A DNA stretch of 64,000 nt from Spirochaetota bacterium. Its GTDB lineage: Bacteria > Spirochaetota > UBA12135 > COTS27 > CBDBHE01. Shown here in pieces: positions 56,177 through 64,000 of the stretch (its first letter is position 1; the number at the start of each line of letters is the position of its first letter). The stretch covers positions 352,001 to 416,000 of the forward strand of contig CBDBHE010000007.1 in the NCBI GenBank assembly GCA_965205605.1. The letters are read 5' to 3'. The position numbers were made by a program, and so were the translations under genes. Under the pieces are notes generated by a model. The model made no database searches. It had not been told where the DNA came from and worked only from the letters and a program-made list of their open reading frames with translations.

Positions 56177-56433
56177 TTTTTAATCTCTATTTTTTTAATG
56201 ATTTTATTTAATTTGAATTTTTTTCTTTTACTATAAGGCCTACTCTCGATAATTTCTACTAAATCCCCTTCTTTACTATCATTTTTCTCATCATGAAAAA
56301 GATATTTTTTAGAAGATTTTATTTTTTTATGATACTCTCTATGCGATTTTTTAGTTTCCACTATAATACAGGCTGTTTTATCACTTTTAGTCGAAACGAC
56401 TATTCCTCTAAAACGCTTTTTAAATTCTTCCAT
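56173..56433 (-). CDS. rpsQ: 30S ribosomal protein S17
   Basis: GIVVS.K.DKT, HDE.N, GD.VEI.E.RP.SK.K. Confidence 0.95.
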   Translation of the reverse strand: MEEFKKRFRGIVVSTKSDKTACIIVETKKSHREYHKKIKSSKKYLFHDEKNDSKEGDLVEIIESRPYSKRKKFKLNKIIKKIEIKK

Positions 56434-56480
56434 CTTGTTTAAATAAAGGCTTTTATATTACTATGAAAAAGTCATTTTTA

Positions 56481-56687
56481 TCAACTCAAAGGTTTTTCTT
56501 GATGTTGACGACTATTTTGCTTTGTTAGTAATAAAGCAATCTTTTTTTTTAATTTCTTAATTTTTGAAGTATCCGTTAACTGACCTAAAGCATTATCAAA
56601 TCTAAATTTTCGAAGTTGTTCTTTTAATTCTTCTAAACTTTGGGTTTCTTTATTAACAACTTTTTTAGTTTCTTTTCCATCAGCCAT
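56481..56687 (-). CDS. rpmC: 50S ribosomal protein L29
   Basis: LK..L..FRF....GQL....I...KK.IA...T; operon position. Confidence 0.88.
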   Translation of the reverse strand: MADGKETKKVVNKETQSLEELKEQLRKFRFDNALGQLTDTSKIKKLKKKIALLLTKQNSRQHQEKPLS

Positions 56688-56691
56688 TATT

Positions 56692-57105
56692 TTATAATCC
56701 TCTTACAACTTGCTTTGTCTTAACAGGGAGCTTGTAAGAAGCTTTTTTAAAAGCAGCAAAAGCTTTTTCTTTAGTTGTACCCCCGATTTCAAATAAAATT
56801 TTACCTGGTTTAATCACACAACAATAATGATCCACATCGCCTTTTCCTTTACCCATTCGTGTTTCAGCTGGACGTTTTGTAATCGGCTTATGAGGAAACA
56901 TACAAATCCATATTTTTCCTTCTTTTTTAAGCTCTCGATTAATACTCACTCGAGCCGATTCAATTTGACGACTGGTTATAAAACCAATCGACTGAGCTGA
57001 AAGACCATATTCTCCAAAAACAACATTATTGCCTCCTTTCGAAATACCTTTAGCTTTTCCTCTTTGAATTTTGCGATATTTATATTTTTTTGGCATCAAC
57101 ATCAT
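56692..57105 (-). CDS. rplP: 50S ribosomal protein L16
   Basis: MLMPK..KYRK, QIESAR, ETRMGKGKG, YKLP. Confidence 0.97.
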   Translation of the reverse strand: MMLMPKKYKYRKIQRGKAKGISKGGNNVVFGEYGLSAQSIGFITSRQIESARVSINRELKKEGKIWICMFPHKPITKRPAETRMGKGKGDVDHYCCVIKPGKILFEIGGTTKEKAFAAFKKASYKLPVKTKQVVRGL

Positions 57106-57113
57106 AAAAAACC

Positions 57114-57812
57114 TTATTGCTTAGTGACTAGTGAGCCTATATTATCGATGACTTCATCACTGTTTTTTTCTTTTTTTCCTTTATAAATCCAAACTGAAAC
57201 CCCAACCATCCCATAGGTTGTTTGCGCATCATATTTTGCATAATCCACATACGCATCAAAGGTATGTAGGGGCACAGAGCCTTCTTTAAAAGATTCTCTT
57301 CTAGCCATATCAAGCCCACCTAGTCTACCTGCAACCATCACCTTCACCCCAAGTGCTCCTGATTTAACCGAACGTGTGATCGCTTGCTTCATCGCTTTTT
57401 TATAAGAAACTCTCTGTTCGATCATTTTACCAATCACTTGACTCACCACGAAAGCATCTAAATCTGTTTTTTTGATTTCACTAATATTGACATTAATATT
57501 TGTTTTTTTAGGAACAAATACAAAAAGCCCTTTTTTAAGCTTCTCAATATCCGCTCCTTTTTTTCCAATTAAAAGACCTGGTTTTGACGTATAAATATAA
57601 ATTTCAATCGCTCCTGGGTAACGCTTAATTTTAATTTTAGAAATTTCAACTCGCTCATAACCTTTTTGCTTTAAAATTTTACCTCGAATAAAGTTGCGTA
57701 TCTTAATGTCTTCAATCACATACTGCCCATAATTTTTATCTGCATACCAATGACCATCCCAAGTGTCACTAATTTTAAGTCGCATACCTCTTGGATTTAC
57801 TTTTTGACCCAT
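57114..57812 (-). CDS. rpsC: 30S ribosomal protein S3
   Basis: MGQKVNP, PG..IGKKG, GRLGG..MAR.E, VPLHT. Confidence 0.97.
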   Translation of the reverse strand: MGQKVNPRGMRLKISDTWDGHWYADKNYGQYVIEDIKIRNFIRGKILKQKGYERVEISKIKIKRYPGAIEIYIYTSKPGLLIGKKGADIEKLKKGLFVFVPKKTNINVNISEIKKTDLDAFVVSQVIGKMIEQRVSYKKAMKQAITRSVKSGALGVKVMVAGRLGGLDMARRESFKEGSVPLHTFDAYVDYAKYDAQTTYGMVGVSVWIYKGKKEKNSDEVIDNIGSLVTKQ

Positions 57813-57813
57813 G

Positions 57814-58239
57814 TTATTTTGTTTCCTTTGTTATCTTTTCTTTTTTTAAATTCTGCTTTTTTGATTTTTCTTGTTTTAAGTTTTGTTTTTTGCCTTGATT
57901 TTCATTACCATCTGTTAAAACTACCTTAATATGAGAAGAGCGTTTGAAAATCCTATCAGCCCTCCCTTTAGCACGAGGCAACATTCGCTTCATGGTAGGG
58001 CCTTTGTCAACGTAAATATGTTTCACTTTAAGTTCTTCCACATTGGCATTAGGATTTTTTGTTTGATAATTACTAGAAGCAGAAAGAATGGTTTTAAGCA
58101 ATTCTCTAGCTGCTTTTTGAGGTAAAATCATCAATGACATCTTGCTTTCACTCACCGTCAAACGAATACATTCCCTAGCTAATCTTGCTATTTTTCGCCT
58201 TGAAATCCCTACATATTTTTTTAAAGCAATAGCTTCCAT
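57814..58239 (-). CDS. rplV: 50S ribosomal protein L22 with Lys-rich repetitive tail
   Basis: VDKGP..KR..PRAKGRA, SHI.V; KKQNLK twice in the tail. Confidence 0.95.
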   Translation of the reverse strand: MEAIALKKYVGISRRKIARLARECIRLTVSESKMSLMILPQKAARELLKTILSASSNYQTKNPNANVEELKVKHIYVDKGPTMKRMLPRAKGRADRIFKRSSHIKVVLTDGNENQGKKQNLKQEKSKKQNLKKEKITKETK

Positions 58240-58241
58240 GG

Positions 58242-58505
58242 TTACTTTCTGCTTCCCCCATGAGATTTAAAAAGTCTCGTTGGTGCAAACTCTCCTAATT
58301 TATGTCCGACAAAATTATCACTAATTTTAACAGGGATAAACTTATGCCCATTATGAACATGAATAATCTTTCCTATCATCTCTGGAAAAATCGTAGAAGC
58401 CCTTGAATAAGTTTTAATTTGGACACTAGGATCATTTTTAGAGTTAATAACTTTTTTATAAAGTTTAGGATAAATGTAAGGTCCTTTTTTAAGTGATCGA
58501 GTCAT
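58242..58505 (-). CDS. rpsS: 30S ribosomal protein S19
   Basis: [21 protein letters not shown]. Confidence 0.98.
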   Translation of the reverse strand: MTRSLKKGPYIYPKLYKKVINSKNDPSVQIKTYSRASTIFPEMIGKIIHVHNGHKFIPVKISDNFVGHKLGEFAPTRLFKSHGGSRK

Positions 58506-58521
58506 AATAATTTAGTTTCCT

Positions 58522-59355
58522 TTATTTTTTTTCATTTCTTCTTCTTAAAATAAGACGATTGCTATACTTTTTTTTCTTTCTTGTTTTAAATCCTTTAGCA
58601 ATGACTCCTGTTGGAGAACAAGGATGCCTTCCTCCTGAAGATTTTCCTTCGCCTCCACCCATAGGGTGGTCAACTGGATTCATCACAACTCCTCTTACCT
58701 TAGGTCTTCGTCCTAAGTATCGACTTGCCCCTGCTTTACCCAGTTTAATATTACGATTATCTTTATTAGAAATCACCCCAATCGTTGCATAACACTCGCC
58801 TCTAAAAAGTTTCACCTCTCCAGAAGGGAGTTGCAAAGAAACAAAATCACCATCTCGACCCAGTACTTTCGCACCTCCACCAGCTGAACGCACAACTTGA
58901 CCTCCTTTTCCTCGTTTAATCTCAATATTATGCACAAAAGAACCAATGTTTACCTTTCGAAGTGGCAAACAATTGCCCTCCCTAGATTTAGCTTCTTCAC
59001 CTGATATAATTTTAGTACCGACTTTCAGCCCATCTATCGCCAAAATATAACGCCTATCCCCATCAGTATAATTCACCAAAGAAATAAAAGCACTCCTATT
59101 TGGATCATACTCAATGGTTTTAATGGTGCCTTCAATGTTAGCTTTATTTCTTTTAAAATCAATTTGTCGGTATTTTCTTTTAGCCCCGCCCCCTCTTCTT
59201 CTAACACTAATCCTTCCTTTAGAGTCTCGAGCAGAAATAGATGACTTGCCTTTACAAAGAGATTTAACTGGCTTTATTCCACTTAATTCTTCAAAGTTTA
59301 AGCCAACTTTTCCTCTCATCGCAGAGGTGACCGGTTTTAAATTTTTTAAACCCAT
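58522..59355 (-). CDS. rplB: 50S ribosomal protein L2
   Basis: YR.IDFKR, IEYDPNRSA, VRGVVMNPVDHP.GGGEG. Confidence 0.98.
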   Translation of the reverse strand: MGLKNLKPVTSAMRGKVGLNFEELSGIKPVKSLCKGKSSISARDSKGRISVRRRGGGAKRKYRQIDFKRNKANIEGTIKTIEYDPNRSAFISLVNYTDGDRRYILAIDGLKVGTKIISGEEAKSREGNCLPLRKVNIGSFVHNIEIKRGKGGQVVRSAGGGAKVLGRDGDFVSLQLPSGEVKLFRGECYATIGVISNKDNRNIKLGKAGASRYLGRRPKVRGVVMNPVDHPMGGGEGKSSGGRHPCSPTGVIAKGFKTRKKKKYSNRLILRRRNEKK

Positions 59356-59363
59356 TTTATTTT

Positions 59364-59657
59364 TTACGCCTCAAGTTCTGTAATTTTTCCATCTTTTTTT
59401 AACTTCACAATCGCTTTTTTAAAACTAGGGCTTATCCCTACCACTTGTTTTTTAGCAAGCTTGCCTTTTTTTATCTTTCCTTTTTTAACAAAAATATTAA
59501 CTTCTGCCACTTCCACTTTAAAAATACTTTCAACGGCTTTTTTAACCATGATTTTATTAGCTCGTTTATCAACAACAAAAACATATTGACGATGAGTTCT
59601 TAGCTGTGTGCTTTTTTCTGTTATTAAAGGTTTTTTTAACACATCATGCAAATTCAT
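59364..59657 (-). CDS. rplW: 50S ribosomal protein L23
   Basis: PLITEKS, ANK..VK.AVE.IF.V, KKAIV. Confidence 0.95.
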   Translation of the reverse strand: MNLHDVLKKPLITEKSTQLRTHRQYVFVVDKRANKIMVKKAVESIFKVEVAEVNIFVKKGKIKKGKLAKKQVVGISPSFKKAIVKLKKDGKITELEA

Positions 59658-60304
59658 TCTTGACTCTTTTTAGGTAAAAATCTTTTATTTATTTTTTCAA
59701 TCGCTGATTTTAAAATCACAATTTCCTTGGCATAAAAAAGATCTTTAAGTTCAATACTTTCTTGATTAATCACCTTCACCCAAGAAAGGTTTGAGCTTGA
59801 TTTCCTGATAATAGAGTACGAACCTCCCTTTTCAGAAGTTAAAATAAACAAAATTTTTTCTTGTTTGGTGACCGCTTTTAAAATCCCTTCGATTTTTTTA
59901 GTGCTATACACCTTCATTTCAAAATCTTCTAAAATAATGAGCTGCTTATTCTTAGCAAAAAGACTTAAAATAGAAGTAAAAGCACGTCTCTTTACTTTTT
60001 TGGGTATTCGGTAAGAATAATCTCTTGGATGCGGTCCAAAAGCAATCCCTCCCCCTCTCCAAATAGAAGAAGTGACTGTCCCAACTCTAGCTCTCCCAGT
60101 TCCTTTTTGCTTCCAAGGTTTTTTGGTGCTTGCTTTAACAAAAGAACGACTCTTCGTACTAGCAGTCCCTTGCCTTTTATTGGCTAGTTGATTTTTAAGC
60201 CCTTCATAAATCGTAGAGTGGTTTTCTTTATCGTCAAAAAATTCTTTATTAAGAGTAAGATTCCCTTGGACTTGACCGGTTGTATTTTTAATTTCTAAAA
60301 CCAT
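59654..60304 (-). CDS. rplD: 50S ribosomal protein L4
   Basis: RQGTA.TK, KPWKQKGTGRAR, WRGGG..FGP.PR. Confidence 0.97.
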   Translation of the reverse strand: MVLEIKNTTGQVQGNLTLNKEFFDDKENHSTIYEGLKNQLANKRQGTASTKSRSFVKASTKKPWKQKGTGRARVGTVTSSIWRGGGIAFGPHPRDYSYRIPKKVKRRAFTSILSLFAKNKQLIILEDFEMKVYSTKKIEGILKAVTKQEKILFILTSEKGGSYSIIRKSSSNLSWVKVINQESIELKDLFYAKEIVILKSAIEKINKRFLPKKSQE

Positions 60305-60317
60305 TTTTTTTAAAACC

Positions 60318-60947
60318 TTAGGCTTTTTTTATCGCCTTTCTAATAAAAACATTTTTATTCTCACTTCCTGGAATCGATCCTTTAATTAAAATGAGCTGAT
60401 TTTCCTTATCAATTTCAACAATTTCCAAAGATTGAATCAACACTTTTTCACCACCCATTCTACCGGGCATTTTTTGACCCTTCCAAACTTTTGCTGGAAA
60501 CGTTGCCCCCCCAATAGATCCAGGCCTTCTGTGAAAATTAGAACCATGCGTGGCAGGCCCCCCTTTCATATTATGGCGCTTGATAACTCCTTGAAATCCT
60601 TTTCCCAGGCTCACCCCAGACACATCAACATAACGAACCCCTTCAAAAAAATCAAGTCCAATTTCGTCCCCTACTTTAAAACCTTTTAGCTCTTCTCTCA
60701 ACCTAAACTCTCTAATGACCCTAGGAACTTTCTTTTCTTCAAAACGCCCTTTTTCTGCTCGATTGGCTTTATTTTTTTTCTTAAGCCCAAAACCAAGCTG
60801 AATAGCAAAATACCCATGCTTACTTTCTGTTTTAATATCAAGCACTTTATTGGGTTCGATACGCACAACAGTAACCGGAAGACACGTGCCATCTTCTTTA
60901 AAGATTTGCGTCATCCCTATTTTTTCACCAATTAATCCACCATTCAC
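60318..60947 (-). CDS. rplC: 50S ribosomal protein L3
   Basis: KIGMTQ, GKGFQG.IKRH, HR.PGSIG, KG.KMPG.MG. Confidence 0.97.
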   Translation of the reverse strand: MNGGLIGEKIGMTQIFKEDGTCLPVTVVRIEPNKVLDIKTESKHGYFAIQLGFGLKKKNKANRAEKGRFEEKKVPRVIREFRLREELKGFKVGDEIGLDFFEGVRYVDVSGVSLGKGFQGVIKRHNMKGGPATHGSNFHRRPGSIGGATFPAKVWKGQKMPGRMGGEKVLIQSLEIVEIDKENQLILIKGSIPGSENKNVFIRKAIKKA

Positions 60948-60962
60948 TTTAAATCACTTCCT

Positions 60963-61271
60963 CTACTGCTTGACCTCAATATCAACACCAGCTGGTAGCT
61001 CAATATTCATAAGCGAATTCATCGTTTCTGCAGAAGTGTCATAAATATCAATCAAACGTTGATACGTTCTCATTTCAAATTGCTCTCTTGCGGTGATATT
61101 AACATAGGGAGAACGGAGAACCGTATACTTTCGAATTTTAGTTGGAAGGGGAACAGGTCCTGAAATTTTGGCCCCACTAATTTTAGCCGAATTAACAATT
61201 GATTGTGTCGAAATATCAATGATTTTATTGTCAAATGATTTTAGCTTAATTCTAATTCTCTGACCTGCCAT
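60963..61271 (-). CDS. rpsJ: 30S ribosomal protein S10
   Basis: IRIKLK.FD, GPVPLPT, REQFE.RT. Confidence 0.98.
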   Translation of the reverse strand: MAGQRIRIKLKSFDNKIIDISTQSIVNSAKISGAKISGPVPLPTKIRKYTVLRSPYVNITAREQFEMRTYQRLIDIYDTSAETMNSLMNIELPAGVDIEVKQ

Positions 61272-61306
61272 AATTCTCTCTTCAAACTCCTTGCTTTTGT
61301 TTTTTT

Positions 61307-62509
61307 TTATTCAATAACTTCCGTTACCACACCTGCTCCAACTGTTTTACCACCTTCTCGTATGGCAAACTTCACTCCTTTTTCAAGAGCGATCGTTGAA
61401 ATCAATTCTGCTTCAACAGTCGTATTATCTCCTGGCATAATCATCTCAGCCCCATCTAAAAGCTTTAGATCGCCTGTAACATCGGTTGTTCTAAAATAAA
61501 ACTGCGGCCTATACCCATTAAAAAAAGGAGTGTGTCTTCCCCCCTCTTCTTTTTTAAGAACATAAATCTCAGCTTTAAACTTTTTATGAGGAGTAATTGA
61601 TTTTGGCTTACAAAGCACTTGCCCTCTTTGGACTTGCTCTCTTTCAATTCCTCTTAAAAGAAGACCCACGTTATCTCCTGCTTGAGCGTCGTCGAGCTCT
61701 TTTCGAAACATCTCAACGCCTGTAATGGTGGCTTCTTGAGTTTCTCTAATCCCAACAATTTCAATCTTATCACCCACCTTTATTAATCCCTGTTCAATAC
61801 GACCTGTCACCACCGTTCCTCTACCTGAAATACTAAACACATCTTCAACAGCTAAAAGAAAATCTTTATCAACTTCTCTTTTAGGAGTTGGAATAAAACC
61901 ATCAACTTGATCTAAAAGATCTTTAATAATTTTAGCGTCATCTGTATCCATTTTTCCAGCATTAATATCTTCCAATGCCTTAAGGGCCGATCCTTTAATA
62001 ACAGGCACTTTATCCCCTGGGAATTTATAACTTGTTAAAAGCTCTCTTACTTCTATTTCAACCAACTCTAAAAGCTCTGGATCATCAACTTGATCAACTT
62101 TATTTAAAAAAACCACAATATGAGGAACATTAACTTGATTTGCAAGCAAGATATGCTCCCTTGTTTGAGCCATAGGACCATCTGTTGCAGCAATGACCAA
62201 AATAGCTCCATCCATTTGAGCCGCCCCTGTTACCATGTTTTTTACATAATCAGCGTGCCCTGGACAGTCTACGTGAGCATAATGTCTTTTTTCTGTCATA
62301 TATTCTACATGCGAAGTATTAATCGTAATCCCTCTTTCTTTTTCTTCTGGAGCATTATCAATATCATCATATTTTTTTTTCTCCCCAAGCCCTTTCGCAG
62401 CACTATAACTACAAATGGCGGCTGTCAACGTTGTTTTTCCATGATCGACATGTCCAATTGTCCCTACATTAACGTGTTCTTTATCACGAATAAATTTTTC
62501 TTTTGCCAT
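61307..62509 (-). CDS. tuf: Elongation factor Tu
   Basis: [28 protein letters not shown]. Confidence 0.99.
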   Translation of the reverse strand: MAKEKFIRDKEHVNVGTIGHVDHGKTTLTAAICSYSAAKGLGEKKKYDDIDNAPEEKERGITINTSHVEYMTEKRHYAHVDCPGHADYVKNMVTGAAQMDGAILVIAATDGPMAQTREHILLANQVNVPHIVVFLNKVDQVDDPELLELVEIEVRELLTSYKFPGDKVPVIKGSALKALEDINAGKMDTDDAKIIKDLLDQVDGFIPTPKREVDKDFLLAVEDVFSISGRGTVVTGRIEQGLIKVGDKIEIVGIRETQEATITGVEMFRKELDDAQAGDNVGLLLRGIEREQVQRGQVLCKPKSITPHKKFKAEIYVLKKEEGGRHTPFFNGYRPQFYFRTTDVTGDLKLLDGAEMIMPGDNTTVEAELISTIALEKGVKFAIREGGKTVGAGVVTEVIE

Positions 62510-62541
62510 TTTTTTTCTATTCTCCTTTGTTTATATAAAAT

Positions 62542-64000
62542 TTAAGCACCTTTTGCTTTTTTAATAATTTCTTCACTAATACTTTTGGGCACTTCTTCAT
62601 AAGAATGAAATTCCATACTATAGGTTGCTCTTCCTTGAGTTTTAGACCTCAAAGCAGTCGAATAGCCAAACATTTGCGCCAAAGGCACTTCTGCTTTAAT
62701 AATTTTACTCCCTGACACATCTTCCATGCCAAGTACTTTTCCTCTACGGCCATTCAAATCTCCGACAACATCACCCATATAATTTTCAGGGCATTCTACC
62801 TCTACTTTAAAAATAGGCTCTAAAAGTACCGGACTGGCTTTAAGACAACCACTTTTAAAAGCCATTGAAGCCGCTATTTTAAAAGCAATCTCACTCGAAT
62901 CCACATCATGAAAAGACCCATCAACTAGATCCACCTTCAAATCAAGCACAGGATAGCCAGCTAAAACCCCTGCTTTCATTGCCTCTTCAATACCATCACG
63001 AATGGGAGTGATGTATTCTTTTGGAATTCTCCCACCCGTAATTTTACTATTAAAAACATATCCGTCTCCTTTTTCACCTGGAGCAAAATGACAAACAACA
63101 TGACCATACTGACCACGCCCACCTGTTTGCTTGATATACTTTGTTTCAATATTTTCAACCAATTTTCGAATGGCTTCTTTATAGGCCACTTGAGGCTCTC
63201 CTACATTTGCCCCTACTTTAAATTCTCTTAAAAGACGATCGACAATAATTTCCAAATGCAGCTCTCCCATTCCAGAAATTAACGTCTGGCCTGTCTCTAA
63301 ATCTGTTTCCATTTTAAAAGTAGGGTCTTCTTCCATGAGCTTTCCAAGAGCAACCCCCATTTTTTCTTGATCAATTTTTGTTTTAGGCTCAATAGCCACT
63401 TTAATGACCGGCTCTGGAAAATTCATTTTCTCAAGCTCAATGGGGCTTGCTTCTTCACAAATCGTATCTCCTGTAACGGCCTTAATCCCCACACAAGCAA
63501 CAATATCCCCTGCATAAGCTTCGTCAATTTGCTCTCGACTATTGGCATGCATTCTGAGCAATCTTCCGACTCTTTCTTTTTTTTGAGTCGATGCATTAAA
63601 AATATAAGAACCCTTCTTAAGCACTCCTGAGTACACTCGAATAAAACTCAAACGCCCTACATAAGGATCTGTCATGATTTTAAAAGAAAGCGCTGAAAAT
63701 TTTTCATCATCAGAAGACTCTCTAATCACTTTCTTCCCTTCCCCACTGCCATTAAGAGAAAATCCCTCAATCGCCGGCACTTCCTTAGGAGAAGGCAAAT
63801 AATTAATAATACAATCTAAGAGAAACTGAACCCCTTTATTTTTAAAAGCAGATCCCCCAAGAGCAGGAAAAATTTTAACATCAATGGTTGCTTTTCGAAT
63901 CGCTCCTTTAATTTCTTCAAGACTAATTTCTTTGCCCTCTAAGTACTTTTCAGCGATAGCGTCATCAACGTCTGCTAAAGCTTCAATCATTTTTTCTCTA
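62542..64000 (-). CDS. fusA: Elongation factor G (5' part outside window)
   Basis: [43 protein letters not shown]. Confidence 0.98.
   Translation of the reverse strand, partial: REKMIEALADVDDAIAEKYLEGKEISLEEIKGAIRKATIDVKIFPALGGSAFKNKGVQFLLDCIINYLPSPKEVPAIEGFSLNGSGEGKKVIRESSDDEKFSALSFKIMTDPYVGRLSFIRVYSGVLKKGSYIFNASTQKKERVGRLLRMHANSREQIDEAYAGDIVACVGIKAVTGDTICEEASPIELEKMNFPEPVIKVAIEPKTKIDQEKMGVALGKLMEEDPTFKMETDLETGQTLISGMGELHLEIIVDRLLREFKVGANVGEPQVAYKEAIRKLVENIETKYIKQTGGRGQYGHVVCHFAPGEKGDGYVFNSKITGGRIPKEYITPIRDGIEEAMKAGVLAGYPVLDLKVDLVDGSFHDVDSSEIAFKIAASMAFKSGCLKASPVLLEPIFKVEVECPENYMGDVVGDLNGRRGKVLGMEDVSGSKIIKAEVPLAQMFGYSTALRSKTQGRATYSMEFHSYEEVPKSISEEIIKKAKGA

Noticed and set aside
49549-63630. 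Numerous short antisense or alternate-frame ORFs in the ribosomal cluster (likewise in nqr and hppA)
   Set aside because: Shadow frames of well-supported genes with no independent evidence

Overview
AT-rich, gene-dense bacterial chromosomal segment. The lineage is uncertain; several features weakly suggest a Spirochaetota-like organism, which is inference only. From left to right it holds a GT-C glycosyltransferase, a complete Na+-NQR locus (nqrABCDEF-apbE plus a small nqrM-like ORF missing from the ORF track), a P1B-4 ATPase and housekeeping genes (thiL, rnhA, topB, purA, ppc). A collapsed restriction-modification pseudogene follows. Next is a catabolic island: a secreted GH29 fucosidase converging on a five-gene operon (NRAMP-like transporter lacking the metal site, enolase-superfamily enzyme, Gfo/Idh/MocA, DUF993, IolE-like TIM barrel). 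Then come a K+-dependent membrane PPase, a candidate ~155-nt structured ncRNA, a degenerate M23 protein, a rhomboid protease, priA and a dksA-like gene. The window ends with a contiguous fusA-tuf-S10-spc-alpha ribosomal superoperon that lacks rpsD, adk and map and has a strongly diverged RpoA C-terminal domain. No CRISPR array, tRNA, rRNA or intact mobile element was seen. The best candidates for something undescribed are the five-gene catabolic operon and the intergenic RNA. All family calls come from motif recognition by eye, not from database searches.
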